Source: Emiliania huxleyi CCMP1516
Lineage: Eukaryota
NCBI RefSeq assembly: GCF_000372725.1
Contig: NW_005201287.1
Location: forward strand, 775,081 to 839,080
Direction of reading: 5' to 3'
DNA length: 64,000 bases
This document shows, in pieces, positions 24,181 to 35,029 of this stretch (its first letter is position 1; each line of letters begins with the position of its first letter). The notes below the pieces were generated by a model. The model ran no database searches. It was not told where the DNA came from and saw only the letters and a program-made list of their open reading frames with translations. The position numbers were made by a program, and so were the translations under genes.

Positions 24181-25981
24181 ATGCATCCAGTCAACCTCGT
24201 CCAGCAGAAGCCGATGATTGCAGCGGCGCTGCCGAACGGCCTGCTTGCGAGCAAGGTGGAGTCGGTTGCCCGCACAATTCTCCTGGAGAAGCTGATTGAG
24301 TTTGTCGCGCACGGCCGCGACCAGAAGCGCGATGATGCGGTGGCTTTGCTGGAGGTGTGCCGCGCGCGCCCGCGACCGCGCGCGCCCGCTCCAACCTTAA
24401 GTAGCGCCCGCGTCGCCGCAGATTGTGGCGAGTTCCGACCACTCGGCGCCCGATGCCATTGTGGAGGGGGGCGGAATTGGCCCGCTCACCGATATCCTGC
24501 GGGAGGGCTCGCGGGCAGACGCGACACATGCGTCGCGGACGGCAGCCGCCCACGCGGCGGGCGCACTCATGTCCCTGGCTTGCAACCCGCTTACGCATCT
24601 GCCCATCGCTCGTGCCGGGGGGATCGCCGCTCTGGTTGCCTATGCGGGGGCGAGCAAGACTGGGGCGAGCAAGACTGAGGACGGGCAGCGCAAGGCGGAG
24701 ATGGCGCTACGCTCGCTCTTCTACTCGCCGCACGAGGCCTGCGCGTCGCTCGTGAAGAGCGCTTGTGGATGGGAAGCTCCTGGTTCTCTCCAGCGCCAGG
24801 AGTTCGACCGCAGATTCGGCTTCAAGCGACCGCTCGACGATGGCATCGAGAGGCTCGACGCAATGCTCTGCGGCCCGGTCGGCAAGGTGCAGTGCACGAC
24901 GCCGTCGTGTAGCACGTCGAGTAGCCTCTCGTCGAACTGCTCACTCTCCGGACCCGACTCGCCCACCTGCTTCCATCACCCAGCCCTCCCAGTGCAGCTG
25001 GCACCTCAGATGGCGGCGCGCCCTCTACGCTCTTTGCCGGTACAGCCTGCCAAGCCTGCCGCCGAGCCCTCTCCGTCCCGGCAGCGGTGGGGAACGATAG
25101 AGGACAGCGCGCTGCGCGACCTGGTTCGCGTGTACGGCACATCCTCGTGGACGATGGTCGCTGCCTCGCTCCACGGGCGCTCGGGCAAGCAGTGCCGTGA
25201 GCGGTGGAACAACCACCTCGCCGAGACTGTCAACAAGGAGCCGTGGTCACCGGAGGAGGACGCAAAGATAATCTCGCTGCAGCGCATGTACGGGAACCGG
25301 TGGGCTCAGATCTCACGGCAGCTGCCGGGGCGAACCGACAACGCCATAAAAAACCACTGGCACGCCACGCTAGCCGCTCGTGCGCAGGCACAAGCGCAGA
25401 CGCAGGCACAAGCGCAGACGCAGGCACAAGCGCAGACGCAGGCACAAGCGCAGACGCAGGCACAAGCGCAGACGCAGGCACAAGCGCAGGCGCAGGCACA
25501 AGCGCAGGCGCAGGCACAAGCGCAGACGCAGGCACAAGCGCAGACGCAGGCACAAGCGCAGACGCAGGCACAAGCGCAGGCGCAGGCACAAGCGCAGGCG
25601 CAGGCACAAGCGCAGACGCAGGCACAAGCGCAGGCGCAGGCACAAGCGCAGGCGCAGGCACAAGCGCAGGCGCAGGCACAAGCGCAGGCGCAGGCACAAG
25701 CGCAGACGCAGGCACAAGCGCAGGCGCAGGCACAAGCGCAGGCGCAGGCACAAGCGCAGACGCAGGCACAAGCGCAGGCGCAGGCACAAGCGCAGGCGCA
25801 GGCACAAGCGCAGGCGCAGACGCAGCAGGTGCAAGTGCAAGGAGGGATTGAGGGCGCAGAGGGTCCCGCGCAGACACCTGAGGTGGAGGTTATGACTCAG
25901 CCATCACAGGAGCATCTCCCAGCGCGGTATGCTTCAGCGCAAGCCGCTGATGCGGCCACCCCGGTCGCGGGGCCAAACTGA
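24181..25981 (+). CDS. R2R3-MYB transcription factor with N-terminal armadillo-like repeats and a long (QA/QT) tract
   Basis: ARM-like [14 protein letters not shown] and [14 protein letters not shown] repeats [15 protein letters not shown] and WSPEED...[21 protein letters not shown]; intron about 24354-24422. Confidence 0.85.
25382..25826 (+). repeat. Coding 18-bp tandem repeat encoding (QAQAQT/A)n
   Basis: gcaggcacaagcgcag(a/g)c units repeated over about 440 bp. Confidence 0.95.
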
Positions 25982-26504
25982 GGCTGGCTACTCGTCACCC
26001 CCCCCCCCCCCCGACCTTGGTCGCTGAACTTTCTTCGCGCTCTGGCTCATTTGGCTTGAGCCAGAGCCCCCCTCCGTGGATTGCTGTCCGGGATTGTGCT
26101 CCCGCGTCTGAAGAATGTGATGTCGGGTGATGGCCCACTGAGAAGGGAGGTCAAGGGAGAGACACGACAGAGATGTGTGTGCCTCCCTCGGAGTCTGACG
26201 AGGCGGCCCAGACTAGAGAAGATGGGTCGAGAGAAGGTTATGTGGATTTGTTCAATTGATTTTTCGAAACGTTTCGTCCCCGCGCGCGCGCCTCTCGTCT
26301 CTCGACCCCCCCCCCGCCCATCTCCGTCGCGTGGCGTTCTCACACACGAGAGGATACTGTTAAAAAAAGTAACAATACAGGGTTCGCGAGGGGGGTCGCC
26401 GAGGCGCCGAGGGCGCGCGGGGAAGCTCGCAGGGCGTTGGGGTAGCTATGCCTCACGTGCAGCGCCGACGGTCGTATATATGGCGATTGCTCGCTCTCTC
26501 TGTG

Positions 26505-27105
26505 GGCTAGTGCCATTTCACTCTGACACGCTAATCTTGAAAACGTCTCCAACGGAGCTCCGTGTTGCTTCCAGCGCCCTCCCCCGCGCTCCCTGCGGCC
26601 ATGGCCGATGCTCCTAGAAAGAGAGGTCATCTGGCTACCGCGAGAGCGACCCAACTCGTCGACATCGTCCGATGATGGTGCCGCAAAGTCAGCCTTCGGA
26701 GGCTATCGTGGGGTCGAGCCGCCGGCAGTAGCCGTGACATGTGGTTCCACCACCCCTCGTAGGCTTTGCCTCTGACCGCCACCGTTCCCAGGCTGCCTAA
26801 TTGGATGGAAAGGAAGGCTCGGCGAGCGTATAGAAGCGTGCTCGACCTCGTCGTGGCAACCTGATCCAATCTCAGCGGCGTCGAGTCGTCTCCGGCGGCG
26901 ACAATTTTGTCCCTCCCCAGGACGCACAGAGGCAGCTGCGACCCCGCCGAGTGGACGGGGGCACTCCGCGCCACCTGCCGAGTGCCCCCGTCTACTCGGC
27001 AGGGTCGCAGCTGCCTCTGGAAGGCACCGAGAGGGACAAAATGGCGCAAATGGTCAAATCAAGGTTTTGTAACGCGAGCTGTGCCACAGTGAAATGGCAC
27101 TAGCC
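26505..27105. mobile_element. Candidate 601-bp MITE with 18-bp perfect (about 28-bp imperfect) terminal inverted repeats
   Basis: ggctagtgccatttcact (26505-26522) versus agtgaaatggcactagcc (27088-27105). No TSD recognised. Confidence 0.45.
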
Positions 27106-27363
27106 AAGACTGTGAGTGTGTTTCTGTCGGTTTCTGTTTGTGTCGTCACGAGTTGTTTGTCTGTTTGGACTGACGTTCAAATCCAAAATCGTCCACGCGC
27201 ACACAAGAAGCGAGAAGAGGAGAAGGGCTTACACCTGTTGCGGTGGCATAAGGTGTGAATGATGCGGTACAATGTCGCAATCCTGCGTGAGAAACCGTCT
27301 GGCTCTCGCATGGCGCACTGCAAGCGGCATGCACTGCACGCGAGCCCTCGCCCACAACCAGCG

Positions 27364-29389
27364 CTACTGCACGCGGCGATTCCACCCTCCACGCGAGGGA
27401 CCTCCTCCGCCGGCGCCACGGCTGCCGAATCCGCTGGCAGCGCGCGGACCACGGTTGCTGGCGCGATAGCCACGACCGCCACCGCCGCCGCCGCCTCGCG
27501 CCGGCCTCTCCCGCTCCGGAAATATGCCGTTCGCCTCGAGCTCATCGCGCAGCCGGTCCGCCGTCGCAAAGTCCCTCCGCCGCTTCGCCTCGACACACTC
27601 GTCGAGCGCCTCCTCCTCCGCCTCGTCGCGCTCAAAGCTCCAGCCGCCGCCGCCGCCACCGCCGCCACCACCACCGCCGCCGCCGCCGCCTCTAGCTCCG
27701 CCTCTGCGGCCGCTGCCAGCCGCGCGCCCGCCCGCGCCGCCGTCCGCGCGAGGGCTTCCTCGCGCGAGGTCGACAACGAGGCGGCGGCCGTGGAGCAGAG
27801 AGCCGCGCAGCCGCAGCGCCTGCAAATCGGGCGCGAGGCCGGGACGGGGAGAGGCTGCGGCGGCAAGTACGGGGTCGGCTGCGGCGAGGGGAGCCGGGGC
27901 GGCGGGGGCGGCGGGGGCGGCGGGGGCGGCGGGGGCGGCGGGGGCGGCGGGGGCGGCGGGGGCGGCGGGGGCGGCGGGGGCGGCGAGCCTGTGCGGCGCC
28001 CTCGTGCGAGTCGAACTCGACGTGTCCGAAGCCTCCGCTCGCGCCCTCGGCGACGCTGACGGACTGGATGCGTCCGCAGTCGAGGAAGGTGTCCCACAGC
28101 TCCTCCTCGCCCGCGCCGGGAGGCAAGTTGCCCACAAAGACCACGCGCGGCTCGTCGGGGAAGGCGCCCTCGGCGGAGGAGGAGGAGGAGGAGGAGGTGG
28201 AGGTGTCTGCGAGCCGGACGCCGCACGCGCCGCCCTCCTCCCGCACGGCGGCGGCGGCGGCGTCCGCGGCATCGGCCGACTCGAACTCGAGCCTCGCGAG
28301 ACGGCTCGGCGCTCCGGAGGGGCGGCGAGTGCCGGTGATGGAGAGAGGAGGAGCGACGGGCTCGAGCAACGCCAGCAGGCGCGAAGCGCCCTGCGGCTCT
28401 GCCATTGCCGCGGGCACGTCGAGCAGCAGGGTGGGAGGGTCTGGCGCGGGGCGCGGCAGGTCTGCAGGCCACGAGGCGCCCTCTGCGAGGCGCGTGGCTC
28501 GCGGCTCGCGCGTGCGGGCGAGGAGGCCGCGCTTGAAGAGGCCGCCGAGGGCATCCTTGAAGACCTACGCGACCCAGGAAGGACGTGTCGTGGACGCGTC
28601 TGACACCGCCCGGGCGCGTCCGTTGAACGCCTTCTTGGACAGCCCGAGCGAGCGCTGCACCTGGCCGGGGGGAGGCCGAGAGGTCGGGGGGGAGCCGAGA
28701 GGTCGGGGGGGAGCCGAGAGGTCGGGGGGGAGCCGAGAGGTCGGGGGAGGCCGAGAGGTCGGCGGAAGTCGGTCGGGGAGGGTGGAGAGGCGGGAAGAGG
28801 TCGATGCGAGTGGGCGAGATTGAGTCTGTCGGAGAAAAGCCGAGGACAGGCAAGGCAGGAGGGGACTCGCCTCGGTAGGCGGAGACTTGTCGCCGAGAGG
28901 CAGCGAGTGGTCGGGCGCCGCCAGCAGCGCGTCAAGGATGGTGGACTCTGCGGACACCAGTTTGGCGCGGGCGCCATACTCCCGGAACGAGACGTCCAGC
29001 CTGCCGTCCTCACGCGCCCGGAGCACCGTCCCGCGCCGCACGTCTCCCGGTTGTGCTGGCTCACGCAGGTAGCCAGCCTCGTCGAGAAAAACGAGGCCGC
29101 GCGCCCCGGAGCGGACGCAGACCACGGAGAGCCCGAGGCGTGAGTTATCGGGCTGCACGTAAAAGTACGACGTGGAGCGCACGGCTGGCCGGGGGCAGGC
29201 GGCACCGGCTTGTGCGGGGACGGCGACAGGAGGCGGCGGCGCGCTCCTTCGGGCGCGCTGGCGCTGCAGGCGCTGGAGGCGATACGCCTCGCCACGGGTG
29301 GCGACGGCCGCAGCAGGACAAATGGCGACGAGGCAGAGGCAGAGGACGGCCAGCCTCATCAGTCTGCTCTTGAGCAGCTGCTCTTGCAT
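27364..29389 (-). CDS. CvfB-like (S1 + winged helix) + RRM + CysRS-anticodon-like tail; N-terminal signal-like peptide
   Basis: VLRAREDGRLDVSFR, LPLGDKSPPTE|VQRSLGLSKK|VFKDALGGLFKRG (CvfB); VVFVGNLP...GFGHVEF (RRM); EAKRRRDFATADRLRDELEANGI; leader MRLAVLCLCLVAICPAAA. Confidence 0.7.
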
Positions 29390-29531
29390 GGCCCGGACGA
29401 TGGCCCGTACGAAGAACGAAAAGAAACCGTTTCCTGTTTTTATTTTTTAAAGAGAGGAAAATGGCGCCGGGGAGCGAGTACTCGAGAAGGTCCAGCCCTC
29501 CACTCCGAGCCGTCGTCGGGCCGCAGACTGC

Positions 29532-30362
29532 ATGGCGTGCGACGCGCTGGTCGCATGGGAGCACGGCCTCCGAGCGCTGGCCGACGGCTGCGCCGGCCGC
29601 CTCCTCGTTGTCAACATTGGCAGCAACGTGGGCGACTTCGACGCGTCGCGGCTAAACGACATGTGCGAGTCTGGCCGTCGCGCGCTTACCCGGCTGCTGG
29701 CGGCGCCGGACCTCCTGACGCTGCTCGTGGAGCCCAACCCGACGGCCTACCGCGAGCTGGAGCGCGCCGCGGCGGGCCAGCGGAGCGACCGGAAGGTGCA
29801 CCGGACGGTGCAGGCGGCGGTCTGCCCCGCGCAGAGCGGGACCGTCCCCTTTTACGCCGTCTCGGAGGCCTATGCGCGGGACTATCCCGACTCGCCGCTG
29901 TGGGCGCGAGGCGAGATCAACTCGCTCTCGTACAACAACACGCATCGCGGGCTCTGGTTTGCAAAGCCTCGGAACGTGACGCGCAAGAGGTGGCGGACGG
30001 GCGAAGCGGCTCGGTACGTCGAGACGCTGCGCGTGCGCTGCCTCACGCCGCAAGCATTGCTGCGCGAGGCGGGCCTCTCCGCCGACGCCGTCGACGTGCT
30101 CGCCCTCGACCTCGAGGGGCTCGACGGCGAGGTGCTGCGCGCCTTCCTGGCGCTGCCCGGCTTCCGGCCGCGGCTCGTGATATTCGAGTCCAACATCCTG
30201 CTGCAGCGCTCGCCCACGCTCACCCAGCGCCTCTTCCGCTCCCTCTCGAGGCGCGGGTACACGCTCGCCGCGGCGAGGCCGAACCACGTCGCCTGGCTGT
30301 CGCAGGAGATGAGATGCCGATGGATGGAGCGCGCCGGCGTCAGAGGAAGCAGCACCGTCTAG
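29532..30362 (+). CDS. FkbM-family methyltransferase
   Basis: VVNIGSNVGD, LLVEPNP, VDVLALDLEGLDGEVL and PRLVIFES. Confidence 0.8.
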   Translation: MACDALVAWEHGLRALADGCAGRLLVVNIGSNVGDFDASRLNDMCESGRRALTRLLAAPDLLTLLVEPNPTAYRELERAAAGQRSDRKVHRTVQAAVCPAQSGTVPFYAVSEAYARDYPDSPLWARGEINSLSYNNTHRGLWFAKPRNVTRKRWRTGEAARYVETLRVRCLTPQALLREAGLSADAVDVLALDLEGLDGEVLRAFLALPGFRPRLVIFESNILLQRSPTLTQRLFRSLSRRGYTLAAARPNHVAWLSQEMRCRWMERAGVRGSSTV

Positions 30363-30459
30363 CTCTCTTTCTCAGTGTAATATCATTAAATTTCTTGTGA
30401 GCGCCGCCTGCAACGTTGTCTCCGTTGATTCGTGCGTTGGGCTCGAGGCGTTGGGGGCT

Positions 30460-30747
30460 TGCACTTGGAGCGCACGCTTGGAGTGCAAGAGCGTCGCCCC
30501 CAGGTCGCTGGTCGGTAACCGCTCACATCCAGGGGGGCAGGGCCGAACCGCGAACGTGGCCGAGGAGCTATATAGAGTAAGAAGCGAAGCGCACCCAGAG
30601 AGCGGGCCAGATGATCGGTATCGGGTTACGGGCTAGAGCCCTAGCCCTGTGTGGGGGGTGCGCGTTCGCAGCGAAGGGCCATAAAGTAAGCACGGGTCTC
30701 CGAGCACCGAGGCGCGAGGGGGTTGGACCCGTGTACCGGGTTTCCCC
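30460..30747 (+). repeat. Dispersed repeat; diverged inverted copy at about 62086-62306
   Basis: Shared blocks ctcacatccaggg, gcgggcc.gatgatcgg.atcgggtt.cgggctagag, ggggggtgcgcgttcgcag and taaagtaa.cacgggt. Confidence 0.8.
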
Positions 30748-31899
30748 TCAATTAAAGCCGTAACTTCAGAACGCCCCCTCTACTCGGACGGAGCTAGTGG
30801 ACACTACACTGTACTCCATGCACACATACAAGCCCTCGCTCAGCAGAAAGAAAGAAAGAAAACAGACAACCCAGGGGAGGGATGCGAGCATCCCGTGTCA
30901 CGGTTCCCATCTTACCTTATATTTCCCCGCGGCCGGTTTTCCGTTTCGGGCGACGGCACCACTCACCGAGCTCTCCGGCCGCGAATCATGTCGGCGAAGG
31001 CGGGCTCTGGCGTCTCGGTGATGCGCTCCGATCTCGACGCGTCGACCTCGACGGAGGTGGACGCGAACGAGGCGCAGTGGCGGGCCGGCGTCAACCGCCA
31101 AGCGCGTCCAGACGCCCCTTCGCAAAGGCGGGCGGCGTCATTGGCTGCTGCAGCCAAGCGGCGGCGGATAAGGACATGAACAACATACCTGCGCAAGCCG
31201 TCGCCGCCCGGGCGGCCGCAGGCGGTGCCATCTCAACCCACTCTCGGCACCGCTGCACGTGCGTGCTCCCTCTCCCACTCAACTCGGCTCCACTCTCGTC
31301 CACCCGCGCCCACCCCATCATCTGCTCTCAGGCTGATTGCGGCGTGTGTTGCGCAATGCCGACCCCCCAGACGCTGGCCAGAGCATGATTGTGATGCCTC
31401 TGTTTGGGCCGGGGGGGCGTTCGACAGCGCGCGAGGCTGCCTCCCTGCCCTTTGGGACGCTTGCGACCACTGCTGAGTTGCATGCAGTACAGAGTAGCAG
31501 TGGTGGGGAGGGCTTGCGCCCCCCCCCCCCCGGGCAGAATGGTAAACTCGTGTCTACTCACCTCGTCGGCTCCATCGGCTGCCTCTCCTCGTGCGCCGGC
31601 TGCCTCTCCATCCAACCGCTTCTGCGTCCTTCTCTGCCCGGTGCTCGCGATGTCGCTCTGCCGAGAGGGTCATCGCCGGCGTAGGCGGAGCGGCGGGCCC
31701 TTCATTACAGAGACAACAAAGACATTTCACCCCTCGGGCTGTTGTTGCAGACAGAAAAACAAATTTGGCGCGCGTGCGCGCAAGGTCTGCTAGTTTTATT
31801 ATAACGAGTTTTCGTCCCGGACTCGACTCTCGAGTCCCAGACAAAGGGTATTAGAAGGAGGCGTCCCGGACTCGCCTGCCACCCCATCATCGCGACAAA

Positions 31900-32946
31900 A
31901 TGCGCTGCCTTGAGCTGCTGAGGTGGACGTTCTGCGCCTCATCGTCCTTCGTCGCGTGCCTCTTCATGTACGCATGGGGTGTCGAGCGGCTGGATGAGTC
32001 TGTGTCGGCCCTTCAAAAGCTGCGCACCACGCCAGAAGAGTTCCAGCCGTTTGTGATCCAGATGCACACGCTACATGCTGTCCAGGAGGGCGTGAGCTGT
32101 GGGGGCACTGGGTGCAGTCTTGGCACTGGAGGGTGGCCAAGTGCTGAGGCTGAATGGCGAGACGAGTTCGCCCCAGACGATTCTGGGGACGCCCGCCTTG
32201 CTGCATTCCTCAAGTGCAAGCACTGCAGTAGCGTTGCAGTGGACGTTCTGCGCAGGCGCGTCTTCGTGCCGTTTGTGGATGAGCTCGTGACGGCGTTGCC
32301 AGCCAAGCGAGAACGCAAACGCCTCCAGCAAGCCGTGCGGTGGGTAAACTCGTCCTCGCTGCACATGGAGGTTGCTCGCTTTCCGGGGAAAAGCACTGGC
32401 GAACTGAGGCAGCTTGCAGGTACCATCGCCGCCACCCTGACCGCAGGACCACCGCCCATTTTGCGGCTGATGGGAGCGGCGGTCACACCGGATGGCAGCA
32501 TGGTGGTCACTTTCACAGATCCGGCCAACAGTCTCACTGCGCTTCGCGGACTTGCGCCAGCGACCTCTCCTGTAACCCTCCACGCTACGATCGGCCATCT
32601 GCACCACTGGCCATCAGAACTGTTCGATCCGGTAGCCGCGCAGCGGGCCGCTCATGTCCTCGCCCGTTGGACGAGTGCCCTGAAAGAGAACAGGTGCCCA
32701 ATCCCCATGGAGATTCCGTGCAATTTGGACGATGGTGCCACGCTGTCTAGCGCAAGGCGAGACGGCACGCCAACAGACCCGTCAGAAATGCAGCCGAAAG
32801 GCCCGGACGACCCCAACATGCTATTCTATGAGGTACCAGGACGAGGCCAGCGGTTCCCTCTCCCGGAGTTCGAGTTGATCAAGAGTGCAGCTCGGGTGGG
32901 CGGCGAGCGGCAGACGTTGCACCGCTTTCGCGTACGACCTTCGTAG
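31900..32946 (+). CDS. Intronless protein with N-terminal hydrophobic anchor, possibly 2H-phosphoesterase-like
   Basis: 348-aa ATG-initiated ORF with ordinary amino-acid composition; SLHME and TLHATIG resemble the paired Hx(T/S) motifs (first one degenerate). Confidence 0.5.
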   Translation: MRCLELLRWTFCASSSFVACLFMYAWGVERLDESVSALQKLRTTPEEFQPFVIQMHTLHAVQEGVSCGGTGCSLGTGGWPSAEAEWRDEFAPDDSGDARLAAFLKCKHCSSVAVDVLRRRVFVPFVDELVTALPAKRERKRLQQAVRWVNSSSLHMEVARFPGKSTGELRQLAGTIAATLTAGPPPILRLMGAAVTPDGSMVVTFTDPANSLTALRGLAPATSPVTLHATIGHLHHWPSELFDPVAAQRAAHVLARWTSALKENRCPIPMEIPCNLDDGATLSSARRDGTPTDPSEMQPKGPDDPNMLFYEVPGRGQRFPLPEFELIKSAARVGGERQTLHRFRVRPS

Positions 32947-33195
32947 AGCCAAACCCAGCACACCGTATGCGCCGGGTACACAGACTTAGTGGCCGTTAAG
33001 TGGTCGTGTATATTATGTGCATCGCCGGTATATTCTTCCCCAGGTTTTTTATGGCGGCCAGGGGGCATTATTAGCAGTATATTTAGACCCCGTTTTCCTT
33101 TTGCTCTTCTTCGAGTCCAAAACGGGCCGGGGACGCCCAACCCGCGTCAATAAATTTTTTTGGGGGACCTCATTTGCAATCCCCGGTGAGTGAGC

Positions 33196-34662
33196 ATGTC
33201 CGATGCACTCCCCGCCGCCGAAGCACCAGTGGCTGGCGAGCTGGTCAGCCTCCATTCGCTTAATCGACAAGAGTTGAATGGGCAGCGGGCTATTGTGACG
33301 GGCCGGCTCGGCGGCAACATGCGACTCCCCGTCCAGCTGATTGGAACGGGCGCAAACCTTTCCGTCAGGCTGCATAACGTGACTCGTACGACAGGAGAAA
33401 GCGCCGACGTGCCCATTTGTCGCATTTGCTTCGAGCCGGCGGCGCCTCACTGCCCTCTCTCGCAGCCATGCTCATGCCGTGGCACATCGGCGTGGGCGCA
33501 TCGTGAGTGCCTCACCCGCTGGCGCCGCAGCAGTGTGAATATCGACGCGGCGATCGAGTGTGGCCAGTGCAAGCAGCGGTATCGGGACCAGCTCTCAATC
33601 GAGCTCATAGCCGAAGCGGCGCGCGCGCAGCGCGACAACTTTGGCTCCATCAGCCTCTCGAACGCCCTCGAAATGGCGCGAGAGTTCGCTGACCAGGGCC
33701 ACTACGCCGAGGCCGAGGCGCTGTACCGGCACGGGCTGCGCTCGCTTCCAACGGCTGCCCACGGCGGTGTGGACGAGCGCGTGACGGACATGGCGTGCGA
33801 TGCGACCAACAACCTCGCGATGGCGATGCTCGAGGGGGGCGACCTGGGCGGGGCGCTTCCCCTCCTACGTCGGACTCTCGAGGTGAGCCGCGGGTCGCTC
33901 GGCGATCGGCACCCGAGCACGCTCACGTCGGTCAACAACTTGGGGCGCGCGACTCCCCTTGGCAAGTCCGCCAACATCGCCTCGGGCTCTCACGCCCCTC
34001 TCGTGCTGCGAGCAGGCTCGTCCTCAAGAAGGGTGGCGAGTTGGAGGAGGCCGAGCAGCTCTACCGCGAGGCCCTCGCCGCCCGCCGCGACGTCCTCGGC
34101 GCCTCGCACGAGGACACCCTCAACTCGACCTTCAACCTCGCGGGTCTGCTCAAGGCGTGGCGTGTGGCCGGTTGTCGTCACCCTCTCTCTCCCTCGGTCA
34201 ACCCCCTCCCTCTCCTCCACCTAAGGCGAAGGGCGACATCGCCGGAGCCGAGCCGCTCTACCGCGAGGTGCTTCAGGTGCTGCGGTCTACCGTCGGCAGC
34301 CGGCACCCTCACGCCCTCAACGCCATGCAAGGTTTGCAGCCGCCTCGCTCGCATGCGGTCTGTGTGTGGCGTCAACGTTTTGAGGCAGTGTGGGCTCTCC
34401 CTTAGGCCTCTCCACTCTGCTCTTCCAGCTCGGCCGCGAGGAGGAGGCGAAAGTCCTCTGCCGCGAGGCACTTGGCATCGCTCGTGACGTGCTGACGGCC
34501 GAATCGACGAGACACGCGCCTCCTCTTCTCGTGCTGACACGGAGCCCGGTGACTGTAGGTGGTTGGCGTGTACCACCCGCTGTACCAGGTGCTGGCCAAC
34601 AACCCGTGGGGGATGCGTTGACTCACTCGCGGGGCCGTGCGCGAGGGGCGGCGCGTGATTAG
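33196..34662 (+). CDS. RINGv (MARCH-type) zinc finger + kinesin-light-chain-like TPR repeats (spliced)
   Basis: CRICFE...PCSCRGTSAWAHRECLTRW...CGQCK; TPR-like LGDRHPSTLTSVNNLG, LGASHEDTLNSTFNLA and VGSRHPHALNAM. Confidence 0.8.
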
Positions 34663-34794
34663 CCATCTCTATTAACTGCGGGACGTCGCACTGGCGCGAG
34701 GTCCGAGGAGCGACGAGCGAGACCATGATCCATGAACGTTCCTCACATAAACGCACAAGCCCGGGCCCGAAATCGCTGAGAGACAGTCATGAAC

Positions 34795-34966
34795 GTTCAC
34801 AGCCTTGTTATTGAGAAGAAAATACGTCCTATGGCGCTGTGCGCTGGTCTGTCAGAGGTTGAGGACTGGTTGAGGTGCGAGCCCTGTTCACAGCCTTGTT
34901 ATTGAGAAGAAAATACCTCCTATGGCGCTGTGCGCTGGCCTGTGAGAGGTTGAGGTGCGAGCCCTG
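34795..34966 (+). repeat. Imperfect tandem duplication, period about 91 bp
   Basis: gttcacagccttgtt(t)attgagaagaaaatac.tcctatggcgctgtgcgctgg occurs twice. Confidence 0.85.
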
Positions 34967-35029
34967 GAGGCCCTGGGGATGGGGGGGGACTTCACACCCA
35001 CCGTGTCGCGACTGTTGGCTGAAGCCGTC

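Noticed and set aside
25204..25895. Alternative-frame ORFs (RRRRHK)n, (LRLCLR)n, (AGTSAD)n
   Set aside because: Shadow frames of the QA repeat in the MYB gene.
30520..30545. Faint resemblance to an LSU rRNA motif
   Set aside because: Only a few bases match and there is no extended rRNA similarity; it is part of a dispersed repeat.
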